The notes under the pieces were generated by a model, which was given only the letters and a program-made list of their open reading frames with translations, was not told where the DNA came from and did no database searches. This document shows positions 39,590 through 52,535 of a stretch of 64,000 nucleotides of DNA, in pieces. This DNA comes from Eledone cirrhosa. Lineage: Eukaryota. Numbering within the stretch: the stretch's first letter is position 1; every line of letters begins with the position of its first letter. Location: the NCBI GenBank assembly GCA_964016885.1, contig OZ024742.1, positions 42,284,001-42,348,000 on the forward strand. The letters are read 5' to 3'. The translations under genes and the position numbers were made by a program.

Positions 39590-40520
39590 GAATCCTTAAC
39601 TGACAACAAATTCAAGGGTGTTTGCTTGATGCTTATGACAATAAAGAAGAGTTAAAAACTGCCAGTATGGAAGAGCAGTGAAGTTTTTGCATGATAACCT
39701 GCTGAAGGTTACCTGCTGTGGCTGGTACAAGGTTCCTGGGAGATGAAGAGTGACATGATGGTAAAATAGTAGGGTGGATGAGACAAAGCTAAGAAACAGA
39801 TATGAAAAGACTGGCAAAATGGGTGAAATGGAATATCAAGAAACCAGAAGTTTGAGCATATTTTATGTTATGAAGATGAAAGGTTTGAGAGGTTTAGGAT
39901 TGCAAGGCAGTATATAAGAAAAGATGACGTGAGAGAGAAGTACATTCATATTCACAGTGGAGCACTTTCACCAATGCTGAAATGAAAGAAGCATGGCAGT
40001 GCCATTATGAGAGATTGTTGAATGAGAAGAATGTATGGGAAGAAGACAGTCTGCCCTAAGCTGGTCCAACAGAGGGGACTGGCCATCCAAATTAACGGCA
40101 GAATGGTAAGGATATGAAGACCAGTGAAGTAGCTGGTCCTCTATGAATAATTGATGAGATGCTGAAAGCATCTGGTGCAGTGGGGCACAAGTTAGCCACT
40201 TGTATAGTAAACCAGGGAATACAGGTTTCATGCCTAATGACTGGTATAACAGCATTATAGTCAATTGTTACATGGGCAAAGGAGATGTGCTGAACAGAGG
40301 AAAATATAGAGGCATCAAGTTAAGTAAGTCATGAAAGTTAGTGAAAGGGTTATAGTACTACTGATTAGTGATCCAGTAAACCTAGATGATGTGCAGTTTG
40401 GCTTTGTGTCTGGTAAATATACCACTCTTCATTGTGAGACAGCTGCAGGAGAAGTATCTAACTAAGAGTAAGCCCCTTTACTTAGCATTCTTTTACATGT
40501 AGTAAACATTTGACAGTTAC
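39590..40520 (+). mobile_element. Degenerate RTE LINE fragment (region N-terminal to RT)
   Basis: Broken motifs AWQCHYERLLNE, MPNDW..SIIV, KGD....GKYRGIKL, QFGF, RQLQEKY..K.KPLYLAF. Confidence 0.7.
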
Positions 40521-43500
40521 CAAAGACCTGGTCCAAATTCTTGCAACATAGTGTAATTTGTTGAAGGTGCTCAAGAGCTAGATGGGGGTGTTAAACAGCA
40601 ATTAATACATCATAGGATTTGATTGAGAATGCACACAACTGGAGTTTGGTACCTTGTCTGCTGCTCTGACAATTCTGCCAATCCATCATTCTGAACCTTG
40701 CATCTGGTTTAGAATAGGTACATCATATCCATGTGTATCATAAGAAGTAATTAGAAGGGTTGGTGTCAGGAAGAGCATTTGGCTGTAAAACATTACCTCA
40801 AAAAGTCCTGCCCAAACCATGTCAGCATGGACAAAACGATGTGTGTGTTTTTCTTGATCTTTTTATCTTGATATGTATACCTTACTTTCAGAGTGGTGAG
40901 ACCCTGGCCATCTTGACAGACTACTGTATTTGTGTGTGTGTTTTCCATGAGTCAATGAAAGACATTGTTTAGTATGTCAGTCCTTAAATTATTTAAAAAA
41001 CAGCAGGCGCTAATATACATTCTTTCTCCCAAAAATATTTAACTCTTTAGCATTTAAACAAGTCGTATCCAGCCAGAATTCTCTCACCTCTTTCTATTCA
41101 AACTGGCTATAATCGGCTGCTCATACTTATGTTAAGGTTCTTAAAATAAATAATATCTAAATCTCAAATTCAATATTATGTGAGATAAAGTGTTTACCAT
41201 CATCATCATCATCATCGTTTAACGTCCGTGTTCCACGCTTGCATGAAAATACAATTGTATATATAGAGTAATGTAAATGCTAAAGGGTTAATCTACCTAC
41301 TTTTTTTTTTCTCTAAAAAAAAATCATTTTCTCTTTCTGTTTCCCTTTCATTCCTATCAGCTGAAGGATTAGTGTTTGAAATATTAAAAATATTTACATT
41401 CTTTCTTTGTAAGCATTATAGCAGTATACTGTTGTTAATTTATATTTTTTTTAAAACTTTTTGTTAGTTAACTCCAAAATGGTAGAATATCGTTTTTCTT
41501 TTTCGTTTTTTTTTTTCGAATTCATGAAACACTTAAAAGTATGACAAAATGCTGAAACTGTTGCTGCAAAGAACAGCCAGTAATATCTAATGCATCAGCC
41601 ATTACATCTCATAAGCTTCTTTCTCAGGTGAAATGCTCTCTTCCCAGTTTGGTGGAAGAATACATCATACTGGAGATTTCAATGGCAGCTGGCACAAAAA
41701 AGAATCAATCTGACAAGCCCTTTAGCATTTACGTTACTCTATATTTACTATTATATTTTCACGGTAAACACTTTAGCTCGCATAATATTGAATCTACAAG
41801 GCTGATGTTATTTATTTTGAGGACAATACCTTAACATCAGTATGAGCAGCTGGTTACAGCCTGTTTGAACAGAAGGATGTGAGAGAATTCTAGCCAGATA
41901 TGGTCGGGTTAAATGTCTTGTATTTGGCCATCTTCCATTCCTTTGTGGCAGTGCCTTGGTTTATAGTTGAAGCAATAGGGTTGACATTGGAGCAAGTGTC
42001 ACATCTACTATATCTACTTTACATCCACTCTATTGATCTCCTCCTCCTCTCTTTATTTTTACATACATTGTTTTGATGTTACTATTACAGAAACATCACA
42101 ACATTGTGAACCTTTTATGATGATATATACTGAACAGAATAGCTTTGCCACATAGACATACACTGGTATACATGTAAGTGTGTGTGACTATATGGTTTCC
42201 ATCTGACAGTTAAAATCAATTACCATGAACAGTACAGAGTTAAGTTAGTGATAGGGGATAGGTTACTTGTTTACCTGGTCTCATTTACTTGACTTCTGGT
42301 TTTGAAATAATGAGCTAGTGTAAAAAAATAGAACAACAAAAAACACTATCATACATGTAATGATTTAGCAGAAAATGACAAAAAAAAAATGGGTATATTA
42401 ATTCATGTTTAGTTGATATTATTGTAGAAATCTGCAGTATTAGATTAAAGATTTCAATTTCTAATGTTATACAATCGTGGTCTTGTTTTGATTGTAGTTT
42501 CATGTGGTACAGCTGTTAAGAGTTAATTAGACAGAGCTACAAACTTCTAAAGGAGAGGCTATAGTTGAATGCTTTGACCCCATTACATAGTATTTATTCA
42601 ATTGACCCCACCTATCCAGAGGTGATTAAATATTGTAAGCCATTTAGATGGATTTTCTATACTCCCTGTTAATAATTAGTGGGAAGATCCATGGAAAGTT
42701 CATATTTTATAAACGTTATTTTTATTTGGATCTATAAATTTTAGGTGATCTTAACATTGTTTTATATCTTCAATTTCGTTTCATAGTTAATGTCATTTAA
42801 CCCTTTATGTTTTCATGGAAATATCTTGCCTATATTTTTAATTAATTTTTAGAATAATCATAGATTTGAAGAGATAAAATAACCAAGTTGGTGTCTGGAA
42901 TAAAACAAAATATTTTTATGTAGAATTATGATGAGCAGTTATAATTTATATATGAACATTTTAAATTGGAAAATTGTCTATCAAAGCTAGGGATGTTCTT
43001 GGGCAGGCTGGTATAAAAAGGATGAAACTGTTTCATTGTATTAAAAGATTTTAATAGTCAGTGATTTTGTTCAATAGGTAAGGTTTATTACCAGATTTTT
43101 AATGAAATACACTGCCTACAAATTTCAAATTATTAAGAATTTGAAAGAATTTAGTAATATAATTAACTTTCCCATTATATATCTGGTGTTTGAAGCACAA
43201 TCAAACCAAGGTTTTTAAATAAAATTTTGATGAAAGGCATTTAGATAAATATAAACATTTTAAAACAAATTTATATTATGGAACCAAGGGTGGTTTGGTA
43301 TCATTCAGACTTGCCAATGTTAAAGATTTTGATAGTCTGATTTTATTTCAAAGTTATGGTTATTATAGGTGTAACACTGAGGCATATATCATGACAAGAA
43401 GAGGAGGAGGGGATGTCTTGAAGAGCTTGGTGGTGGCATAGGAATAGGGCAGCTTAGAGGTTCATTGTTTAGGACAGAGGTTCTCAAAGTGGGCACTACC

Positions 43501-44504
43501 ACGTCCCGGGGGGCAGTGGGGTTATCAGTAGAGACGATATAATAGTATATATTATATTATTTATTATATATAAATTAACGTTTTTATTATATATTATTTA
43601 CAATTTGCGTGTAGGTAGGTCTTTCTGGAAATAGGCTTGGCAGGTGCTGAGGATATTATGTGGTTGGGGAGGGGTGCAAAAGTTTGCAGGGTATTATGTG
43701 GTTTAGGATGATGGTATGAATGAGTCTTGTTGAACCCGACAGGGTGATAAGGTTGTCATTAGTTGAAGTCTAATTGTGTGTGGGAAGTGTGAAAAATGAG
43801 GCAAAATAAATAGCAAATGTAGCTTGCAGAGAGATTTCTGACAAAATAGAATTTTAGATAATTTGGCAAAGTTTGAGGAAATTCACCTGGCAACATAGCA
43901 ATTGAGTCAAGCTGAAAACATACAGGCCACAAGCTGTGCATTGCATAAGAACATTTGGCTGCATAGGAAAGCTTCTTAGTTTAAGGTAATAACAAAACTA
44001 TGGTGGTTGTTGTTGTTGTTGGTGAGTTATAGCAGCTTTAGTTGAAGCTTTATTTGACTTGCAAGCTATGAAATTAGGAATACTTCCAGACCAATATATT
44101 TCTCTGACTCATTTCTTTCTCCAGGTCAATGGCTTTTTTTTTTTTATCATCAATCAAACAATGCTATTACAGTAATAACATCCTTTTTGCATTCTTCTCT
44201 AACTTTCTCTGAGCAAACATCTTCTATGAAATGGGAGTTTGTAAAACCTCATACAATGAGGATTTCGGTACTTATTCTTTCATTCTGCAGCACTACAATG
44301 TAGATTTTATTTACCTTGAGATATCGCAGCCATACCAACTAACTCACTGTACATGTCAATAATAGACTATAGAAATATTTGAATGTTTGGCTGTATGGTT
44401 ATGAGTTCGCTTCACAATCTTCTACCTACTATAGCCTTAGGCTGACCAATACTTTGTGAGTGGAATTTGGTAGACAGAACCTGCAGAAGCCTATTGTGTG
44501 TTTC

Positions 44505-44553
<49 letters not shown>

Positions 44554-44730
44554 GTAAATGTGGTTGGTGTTAGGAAGGGCATCCAGCTGTAACTAGCCAA
44601 ATTGACAGTCCTCGCCGGACCAATGTGCAACACAAGGCCAACTCTGATCCAACTTGCCTCCTGGCATGGACGACCCATCTAACCCATGCAAGCATGGGAA
44701 ATGGACGTTAAACGGTGATGATGATATATA

Positions 44731-44808
44731 CAGGGCGTCCCAAAAAATGTATACATACTTCAACAGCATTCTAATAAATAGGTGTGTATATTTTGGAGGG
44801 ACACCCTG
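44731..44808. mobile_element. 78-bp Tc1/mariner-type MITE
   Basis: TA|CAGGGCGTCCCAAAAAATGTATACA...TGTGTATATTTTGGAGGGACACCCTG|TA; the internal spacer is also seen at ~28163-28187. Confidence 0.75.
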
Positions 44809-47800
44809 TATATATATATTTATTTGGCAGTATGTGTGTCTGTATCTTAGAGGTTTGACAAAAAAGTGATCAATAAAATGTGCCTGGCATGAAAAAATAA
44901 GTATCGGTGTCGATATGATTGACTAAAACAAGATGGTGCCCCAGCATTCCTACAGTCTACTGACTGAAACAAGTAAAAGAATAAAAGAACAACTAATGCA
45001 AACCTGACTGGCTAGGTGGATTGGCAGTATCGGTAGAGGGTCGGACGCCATGCTTTGACGCATAGTTACGGCCCTTGCCATTCTAAGTTCAAATCCCGCT
45101 GAGGTTAACTTTGATTTTCATCCTTACGGGGTCGATAAAATAAAGTACCAGTAATGCACTGGGTATTTGCTGGCCTTGTGCCAAAAAGTAGATACAATTC
45201 ATTAGTGATATCATTAATACAGCATGATTCAGAATAAAGGCATATAAGAACCCATATTATACCAATTTACAATACCTACTATATGTTAGAGAGCACAGGT
45301 TAAGAGCTGTTGATTGCTTGTCTGATTAAATAGAAGCCTTATCACCTCAGCTGTCCACATTTTCCCACTGACTACTAACCTGTAGTATTTCAAATTTAAT
45401 ATCAGCCACACTAACTTCATCAAGGTATTATCATATTCTGCTTTCCTTCTAAAGCAAAATGGCTATGAGAACAACACCATTATAAGCCAATGATACAGCT
45501 TCTATATTGTTGCTTTGCTTGCTAAAAAAAAACCCAGCTAAATCTTCCTCAAACAATATCTTACCATTGTAAAGATGAAAGGCAAAATTAACCTTGGCAG
45601 GATTTGAACTCAGAATACAGGGGTGGAACAAATACTACAAGGCATTTAATCCGACACTCTAACATTACCAATTCGCTATCACATGAATTTTAATATCGCA
45701 AGGAGAAGAGGAACTGGATGTTTTACATCTGTCCTTTCATCTGAGAGTGAGAAGTAAAAGGCTAAATTGGGGTGGGGAAGATTTCTTTTATTTTTCTTAA
45801 CACCAGTTATCTTTTTTCCTCATGGTGTATGAACTTATCTGAACTCATGATCGTCTCTGCAAACAACTAAGCTTATATTCTGTAGGACTCGGTTAAAAGA
45901 AATTTTATGTATCATTATAGTTGGCATTGTTTTTTATGCCCACTTTTCCTTGCTGGCATTGGATGGATGAGACAATTCTACAGCCAGATGCTCTTCTTCA
46001 TGCCAACTGTTATTTTTATAAGTGTGGCATTATTCCACTGATTTTCAACTTTTAAACTGCTTAGCTGCAGGACATAAATAAATGGCACAAAATTTTAAAG
46101 CAGTGTCAGTACAGACATGTAGAGACATGCATGCATGCGTATATATGTATATATTAAAATTTACTGTTCTCCATCTACCCACTCTCGTTTCTCACCCACC
46201 ATAACCAAATAACATGTATATAAAACAAACACAGGACATGTCTACAGTTGGATGGGACCATCCATGTAAACTCGCATATCTGAAGAAGTATCGATTAAGA
46301 GTCGAGATCCGATTGCTTGATAAAACCCAAGCTGATCGATATATAGACAATTGTAATATGCAATAAAGTTTCATAACAAGCTGCAAATCTGACTTCCTAT
46401 TGTCACTATACACATACACACACACACATATATGCATGTGCATGCACACACACTATGACAGGCTTCTGTCCATCTAACTTCATTCACAAGGCATTGGTTA
46501 ACCCAAGGCCTCAGCAGAAGACAACCACTCATCAAAGTACCATGCTGTAGGTGCAAGCCCCAAAACCACACAGTCACAAAGGAAGCAAACCTCTTAACCA
46601 TGCAGCCATATCTGTGCCTGTATGTATTCATTGAAATGCCAATCATATCTCAGTTTGAATGACAGTTATTCTTATCTGAAATTCCATTGTGAAACTTCAG
46701 GAATGCTTCCTGCTTCAAATCCATTGCTAATAGTTATTGTAGAGAATAGAGCATCTCTCAGCAGTTCAACATTTACTGAAACTTCAAGGTCTCTTTATCT
46801 CTGTAACATTCTTTAACACCAACGTTTTTACTTCCTTGTTTTTTTTTTTTGTTACATTTTCACTGATATGTAAAATATTTAAATTTGATTCAGTTTATAA
46901 ATAATTTATGGTGGTGAGTTGGTTGAGTTCTTAGAGAGTGTGGAATAGAATGCTTTGCAGACGTGGTTTAGGCTTTCTGCATTCTACTCTGAGTTCAAAT
47001 TGCTCTGGGTGGTCAGTTTTGCTTTCTATCCTTTTGGAGTCAATAAAATACTAGTCAAGTACTAGGGTTGATTTTTCTCTCTCTAACGCTCTCCCTCTCT
47101 GTGCTTCTCTCTCTGCTTTTCTCTTGATTCAAGAGTTAGGTTAAAAGATTAAATTTACAACTCGCACTTATGCAGATTTAGCTGGCTTCATATGAGGCAG
47201 CTTCTCATGTTTCTTTGGAGTTTTAATAATAGGGGCCCCCTAAATAAAGTGTATTGATCAAAAACACTATGCATGATTGGGAGTCCAACACACTAACTCC
47301 TAGGCCTTCACTTCAAAAGTTGGCAGTTGCAGATGATTAGGTAAAATTGCTTTAATAGTTTGTTTTTATTGAAGCTATCCATGTACTACATACACTAGTG
47401 TGGGAAAGCCTGAAGTAAATAAGTGCTGCTTCTCTTTCAACTAAAGATAACAATGTCTTTGTTTTATTTGACATTAAGTCATATATGTGAAAAACAGACC
47501 TTCCCAAAGTGGGGGAATTCTTTAAAAAGTTTGTTTTTTTTATGTTATGTCTTTTAGAAATGATTATTTATTTTTGACACATTGTGTAAATCAAACCTTC
47601 CCAAAATGGGAAGGTCTGGTGTAAATGATGCAAGATATTTTGTATTGCACTCTACTGATTTTGCTGTTCATCAGCTTCAAAATGATAATAATTGGTGTCA
47701 TTATTAGGGCAATAAAGGGCGTTGGATTAGTAGTATCGGAGGAGTGTTGGACACCTTGCTATGCAGCATAGAGTTAAGGCCCTTTCGGTTCTGAGTTCAA

Positions 47801-50800
47801 ATCCTGTCGAGGTTAGCTTTGCCTTTCATCCTTATGGGGCCGATAAAATAAAGTACCTGTCATGCCCTGGGGGTTGATTTAATCGAATTTCCCCTCCCCC
47901 CAAAATATTGACCTTGTGCCTAAATCAGAAACCATTATTAGGGCAATGGCTTGGCAAAGTTGTTAACACATCAAAGAAAATGTTGTATGGTATTTAGTTG
48001 TGCCTCTTTACATTCTAACTTAAAATTTTGTCACGGTCAACTATTCCTTTCATCTTTGCACGTTCAATAAAATAAAGTAACAATCAATTAATAGTCAATT
48101 TAACCATTCCATTGCCATATTTCTAATGAAAGAAACTGCCTATGATTTCAAAACCATCTTGAAAATAATCAAATGTTGTCCAACCTTTGCTAACAAGGAA
48201 AGCCGATGTTAAATGATGATGCTGGGGATGAACTAACTTTCTCATAATTAGGTTAGTGTTTGAAGCATAACTTAACCCTTTAGCATTTAAACTGACCATA
48301 TCTGGCCAGAATTCTCTCACCCCTTTCTGTCAAAACCAGCTGTAACCGGCTGCTCATACTTATATTAAGGTATTGTTCTCAAAATAAATAATATCAAAAT
48401 CTCATAGATTCAATATTATGCGAGATAATTATATGAAAAAAGTGTTTACCATGAAAATACAATAGTAAATATAGAGTAATGTAAAGGCTAAAGGGTTAAA
48501 GGTACTGACAGAATTATGATAGAAAGTTTTTAGATAAATATAAAGTCTTTAAAATTTATCATAGAACCATAGACAGTTTCAGTGGTTTTGTATCAACTTT
48601 CTTGTCCCTCCAAGTGACTGGCTTTGTGTTTAATTTAGAAGCCATTATTATGAGGGCGATCGATTGGCAGTATCGGTAGAGCATCGGACAACATGCTTTG
48701 CAGCATAGAGTTAAAGACCTTTACATTATGAGTTCAAATCCCACTGAGGTTAGATTTACCAATAATTCATTTTATTGATCTTAGAGTAGTGGATCCCAAA
48801 TTTTTGTTGCAGATCTCTTTTATGATTTTACAAAAATCACGGAATTCATATTCTTTGGAGAATTCCAACCACACTAATTTTAAGAGATTAACCCTTTAGC
48901 ATTTACATTACTCTATATATACTATTGTATTTTTGTGGTAAAGGCTTTATCTTATACTAGCAGTGGTACCCGGTGTTGCACGGGATAAGGTATTTTGGAA
49001 CGCGGGCCCCCCAACAGACCTAATCGTGGAAAAACTGCATGCCAGGACAATATGTAAAGAAAATAAACCGAATACTCTGATGGCTGGATAATCTTTAAGA
49101 TTTTCCTCGATGAAGCAGGAAAAATGCAGGTTTTCACCTAATGCGGGCCCTAGGGCAGTGGTCGCCAACATGGGTTCCGCGGAACCTTGGGGTTCCGTAA
49201 AACAAACTCCGGGTTCCTTAAAAAAATAAATATTTACATTACCATTAATATTTTGGGTTTTCTGAAAAAGGTGCAAAGAAAATGCCAAAGGTGCAATGTA
49301 TAAATGAACAAGTACTATTGTAGTGTACACAGGTTCTCCACTCCAATTCGTCGAAAACACTACTTTCAGTTTCTCACTTGAATTAGCAGAAAAACACTGT
49401 TCTGAGATTCGTGGAAATTGAATACTTTCAATTTCACATCAATTCTTGAAAAGACATAGTTTTCTGAATTCCGAGGATTTGACTACTACTCATAATACAC
49501 TATTTGAACTTAGAAATTGACCAATCACGAACAAGTAAATGTTGGTCGATGACAGCATAACTTTAAACTGAAAACTTCAGTTCAGCGAGGTCTCTCAGCC
49601 AAGAGGCAGGGTCAGTTCGCTGTTCTCACAACGTAAGTTCAGTAGAATGTTTTCAATAGAGAACACGTTTTAATCTGCTGCCCTCACAAAAGCTTTAAAG
49701 TCGTCTAAAGTTTCCTCACTGAGTGAACTCGCTTACTAGTCGTTTTCAACATGCATCCAGTTCCACAGACAATTCTAAATAAGAACACGTTACATTCTAT
49801 TGTACTTTGCACAGAAAATATAATGCCTGTAAAGTTTTGACTACTAACAAAGGTAATTTTGTATTCCATGCATACACTATAAACTTTTCCACACAATTAT
49901 GTATTCATTTAATGACATCTGCATTCACAATTGAGAAATTACTTTATACAATAAATATATATGTCCATAAACATTTGACTAAACTTTATTTGTTCCAATC
50001 TAATATATGTTTAACGCAGCCTAAAGCCTTCTTATATTATATCTAACTTTGAGTCAAAATAGATAGAAGATATCTGAATTAATTTCCAATACCATCGTCA
50101 CATCTACACTATCAGCTGATTTGCATTTTTTGCACCTTTTAGTATGGCGGATATTTAAATATATTTACATTACCAATAATATTTAATACAACCCTAAAGT
50201 AGTATATGCAGGAAGTGCTGGACTCTGAAAAAAATTTCTTCTAATTGTTCATAAATTTGCACCTTTTTCAGTAACCCTTAATATTTTAATATTATTATAA
50301 GACTTTAAATAATATGTTTGCCATCCTAAAATGGAGAAATTTCAATTTTTAAAAATTAAAATTTTTTTTTAACTAGTTAAGTTTTTCCAAATATCTAAAA
50401 TTAAAGTTAATTTAAGTACTTTTTGTAATTTAAAAAACTGTTAATTTCTCTTGTTTATTAATGTCATATTAAAAATGTTAACTGTAGATAAATAACATTG
50501 ATATAATGTCTACTGCAAAGAAGCTGAAGTTAGATACCAGCAGTAAGGTTAGACAGTGGTGTGATGATTGTTAGATATGGATTTCAAAAAGTTGACACTA
50601 AAAAAGATACACCAGATCAGCCCATGTGTTTGCTATGTTCAAAAGTTCTATCAAATAGCTGTTTAAATCCTGCTAAACTTAAGACACATTGATACTAATC
50701 ACACCAATGATAAAAACAAGTCACTGGAATACTTTACTTCGCTGAAAAACAACATTAAAAAATCACAAGCTAATATGTATGACTTGTTTTATAAAAAAGT

Positions 50801-51760
50801 CAGATAGAAATAAAGCTTTAACAAGAACATCTTTTGAGATTTCACATTAGGAGAACAGTTAATTCTGCCAAGTATAAAAATTGCTACAGAGAATCTTTTT
50901 GAAAGCTGCAGTATTAAGGACAAAGAAAAATTAAGCCAGTTACCATTGTCAGCAAATACCGTAAAAAGAAGGATAATTGATATTTCTTCTTATATAGAAA
51001 ATCAGATACTAACTGCACTAAAGAAAAGCCCATGTTTTGGACTGTAAGTGGACGAAACTACGGATATTAATAACAAGGCTCAATTAATTTGCTATGTACG
51101 GTTTGTAGACCTTGATAAAAAAGAATTAGTAGAAGAGTATTTGTTTTGTCTGGCATCACAACTAAAGGTCAAGATATATTCAATAAAATTGAAGAGTATT
51201 TTTTAAAAAATGGTGTATCTTGGAGCAAGTTGACTTCAATAACAACAGATGGAGCAGCTACAATGACTGGTAAAAATTCTGGTTTGATTGCAAAAATTAA
51301 AGAACAGACTCCAAATTGTATTTCAATTCATTGTATGATTCATCGAGAGGTTTTGTGTTAAAAAAAAATTCAAAGACAGAGCTGCTCAAATATTAAATGA
51401 CCAGCTGAAAGACATTGTCAAAATTATCAATTTGATCCATGCAAGAGTAAAAAATTCTAGAATGTTTGAATCTATTTGTGAATCTTCTGGAAGTAATTAT
51501 AATAGATTGTTATTGAACAATGATGTGCGTTGGCTGTCTTTTGGGGATGCTATGAAGAGAGTTTTTGAACTGAGAGAAGAAATAATAGTTTTTCTAAAAA
51601 AACAATGATGAAAGAGCAAGTGTATTAGAAACCAATGAATGGAATGTGCAACTCGCTTATTTAGTAGACATTTTTGGTGAACTGAACAAACTAAATAAGT
51701 GTCTTCAGGGTAACAATGCAGATATTTTTACTTCAATCAATTTTATTACATATTTTCAAG

Positions 51761-52105
51761 GAATGCCCTGAAGAATTTGTTGACAATACAAAGCCAGATA
51801 ATGATAAAATAGATAGGAAAGCTAAAGATGAAATCCATCAATTCAAAGAAGCCATCTTTCCCAGTGACTACAACCCAGATAACAAGAAGAAGCGAGCTTC
51901 AGGAAGTGATGCATCACATGAATCTAGCAAACGTCCACTTACTGACCAAGACTTGAAAGTATTGTGCATGGAGGGAAAGCTGGAAAAACTTAAACTGGCT
52001 GAACTAGGAAAAATGATGAGAGAAAATGATATCAAATGTTTTGCAAAGAAAAAGAAAGAATTAATTGATGCCATCAACAACCATTATGGTGTCAGTGGCA
52101 CATAG
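51761..52105 (+). pseudogene. XRCC6: Ku70 C-terminal gene fragment (linker + SAP domain), stop-free, 5'-truncated copy
   Basis: ECPEEFVDNTKPDNDKIDRKAKDEIHQFKEAIFPSDYNPDNKKKR...SKRP...EGKLEKLKLAELGKMMRENDIKCFAKKKKELIDAINNHY resembles human Ku70 [41 protein letters not shown]...SKRPK...[38 protein letters not shown] (recalled); 3' UTR with AATAAA 52180-52185. Confidence 0.85.
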
Positions 52106-52197
52106 ATCACCAAAACAGTTAATATATAATAGACATTACAAGCAATGAATGTCAAAGATTGAATTAAGTCTGGGTAAAAAATAAAATAATACACACA

Positions 52198-52535
52198 TGG
52201 AGGCACATGGCTTAGTGGTTAGCGCATTGGCCTTGCAATCGAAAGGTTGTGAGTTCAATTCTCAGACCGGGTGATGTGTTGTTTCCTTGAGCAAGACACT
52301 TTATTTCACATTGCTCCAGTTTACTCAGCTGTAGAAATGAGATGATAGGGACTGGGGCCCATATCATTCCACTGCAAAGTGGTCGTGGAGGTGCCACGGC
52401 AAAAAAGCACCCAGCACTCACTGTAAATGAGGTTGGTGTTAGGAAGGGCATCCAGCTGTAGAAATCAAGCCAGTATCAGTTCCCGTCCCACCCTTGCAAG
52501 CAGGGAAAAAGCGGTCGTAAAATGAAATGATGATT
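52198..52535 (+). mobile_element. Full-length tRNA-derived SINE family B (CORE-like centre, RTE-derived tail)
   Basis: A-box TGGCTTAGTGG, B-box GAGTTCAATTC, CCTTGAGCAAGACACTTT core, tail CCCTTGCAAGCAGGGAAAAAGCGGTCGTAAAATGAAATGATGAT. Near-identical copy at 57168-57516(-); older or partial copies ~340-463, 19090-19365, 26550-26825, 61130-61220. Confidence 0.9.

Noticed and set aside
51716-52105. In-frame transposase-Ku70 or SDR-Ku70 fusion protein
   Set aside because: The Ku70 frame is offset by one base from the local transposase frame (which stops at ATG CCC TGA) and needs phase 0, whereas SDR exon 1 ends in phase 1.
52198-52272. tRNA-like sequence with A and B boxes (also at other SINE heads)
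   Set aside because: No complete cloverleaf acceptor stem; continues directly into a SINE body and tail.
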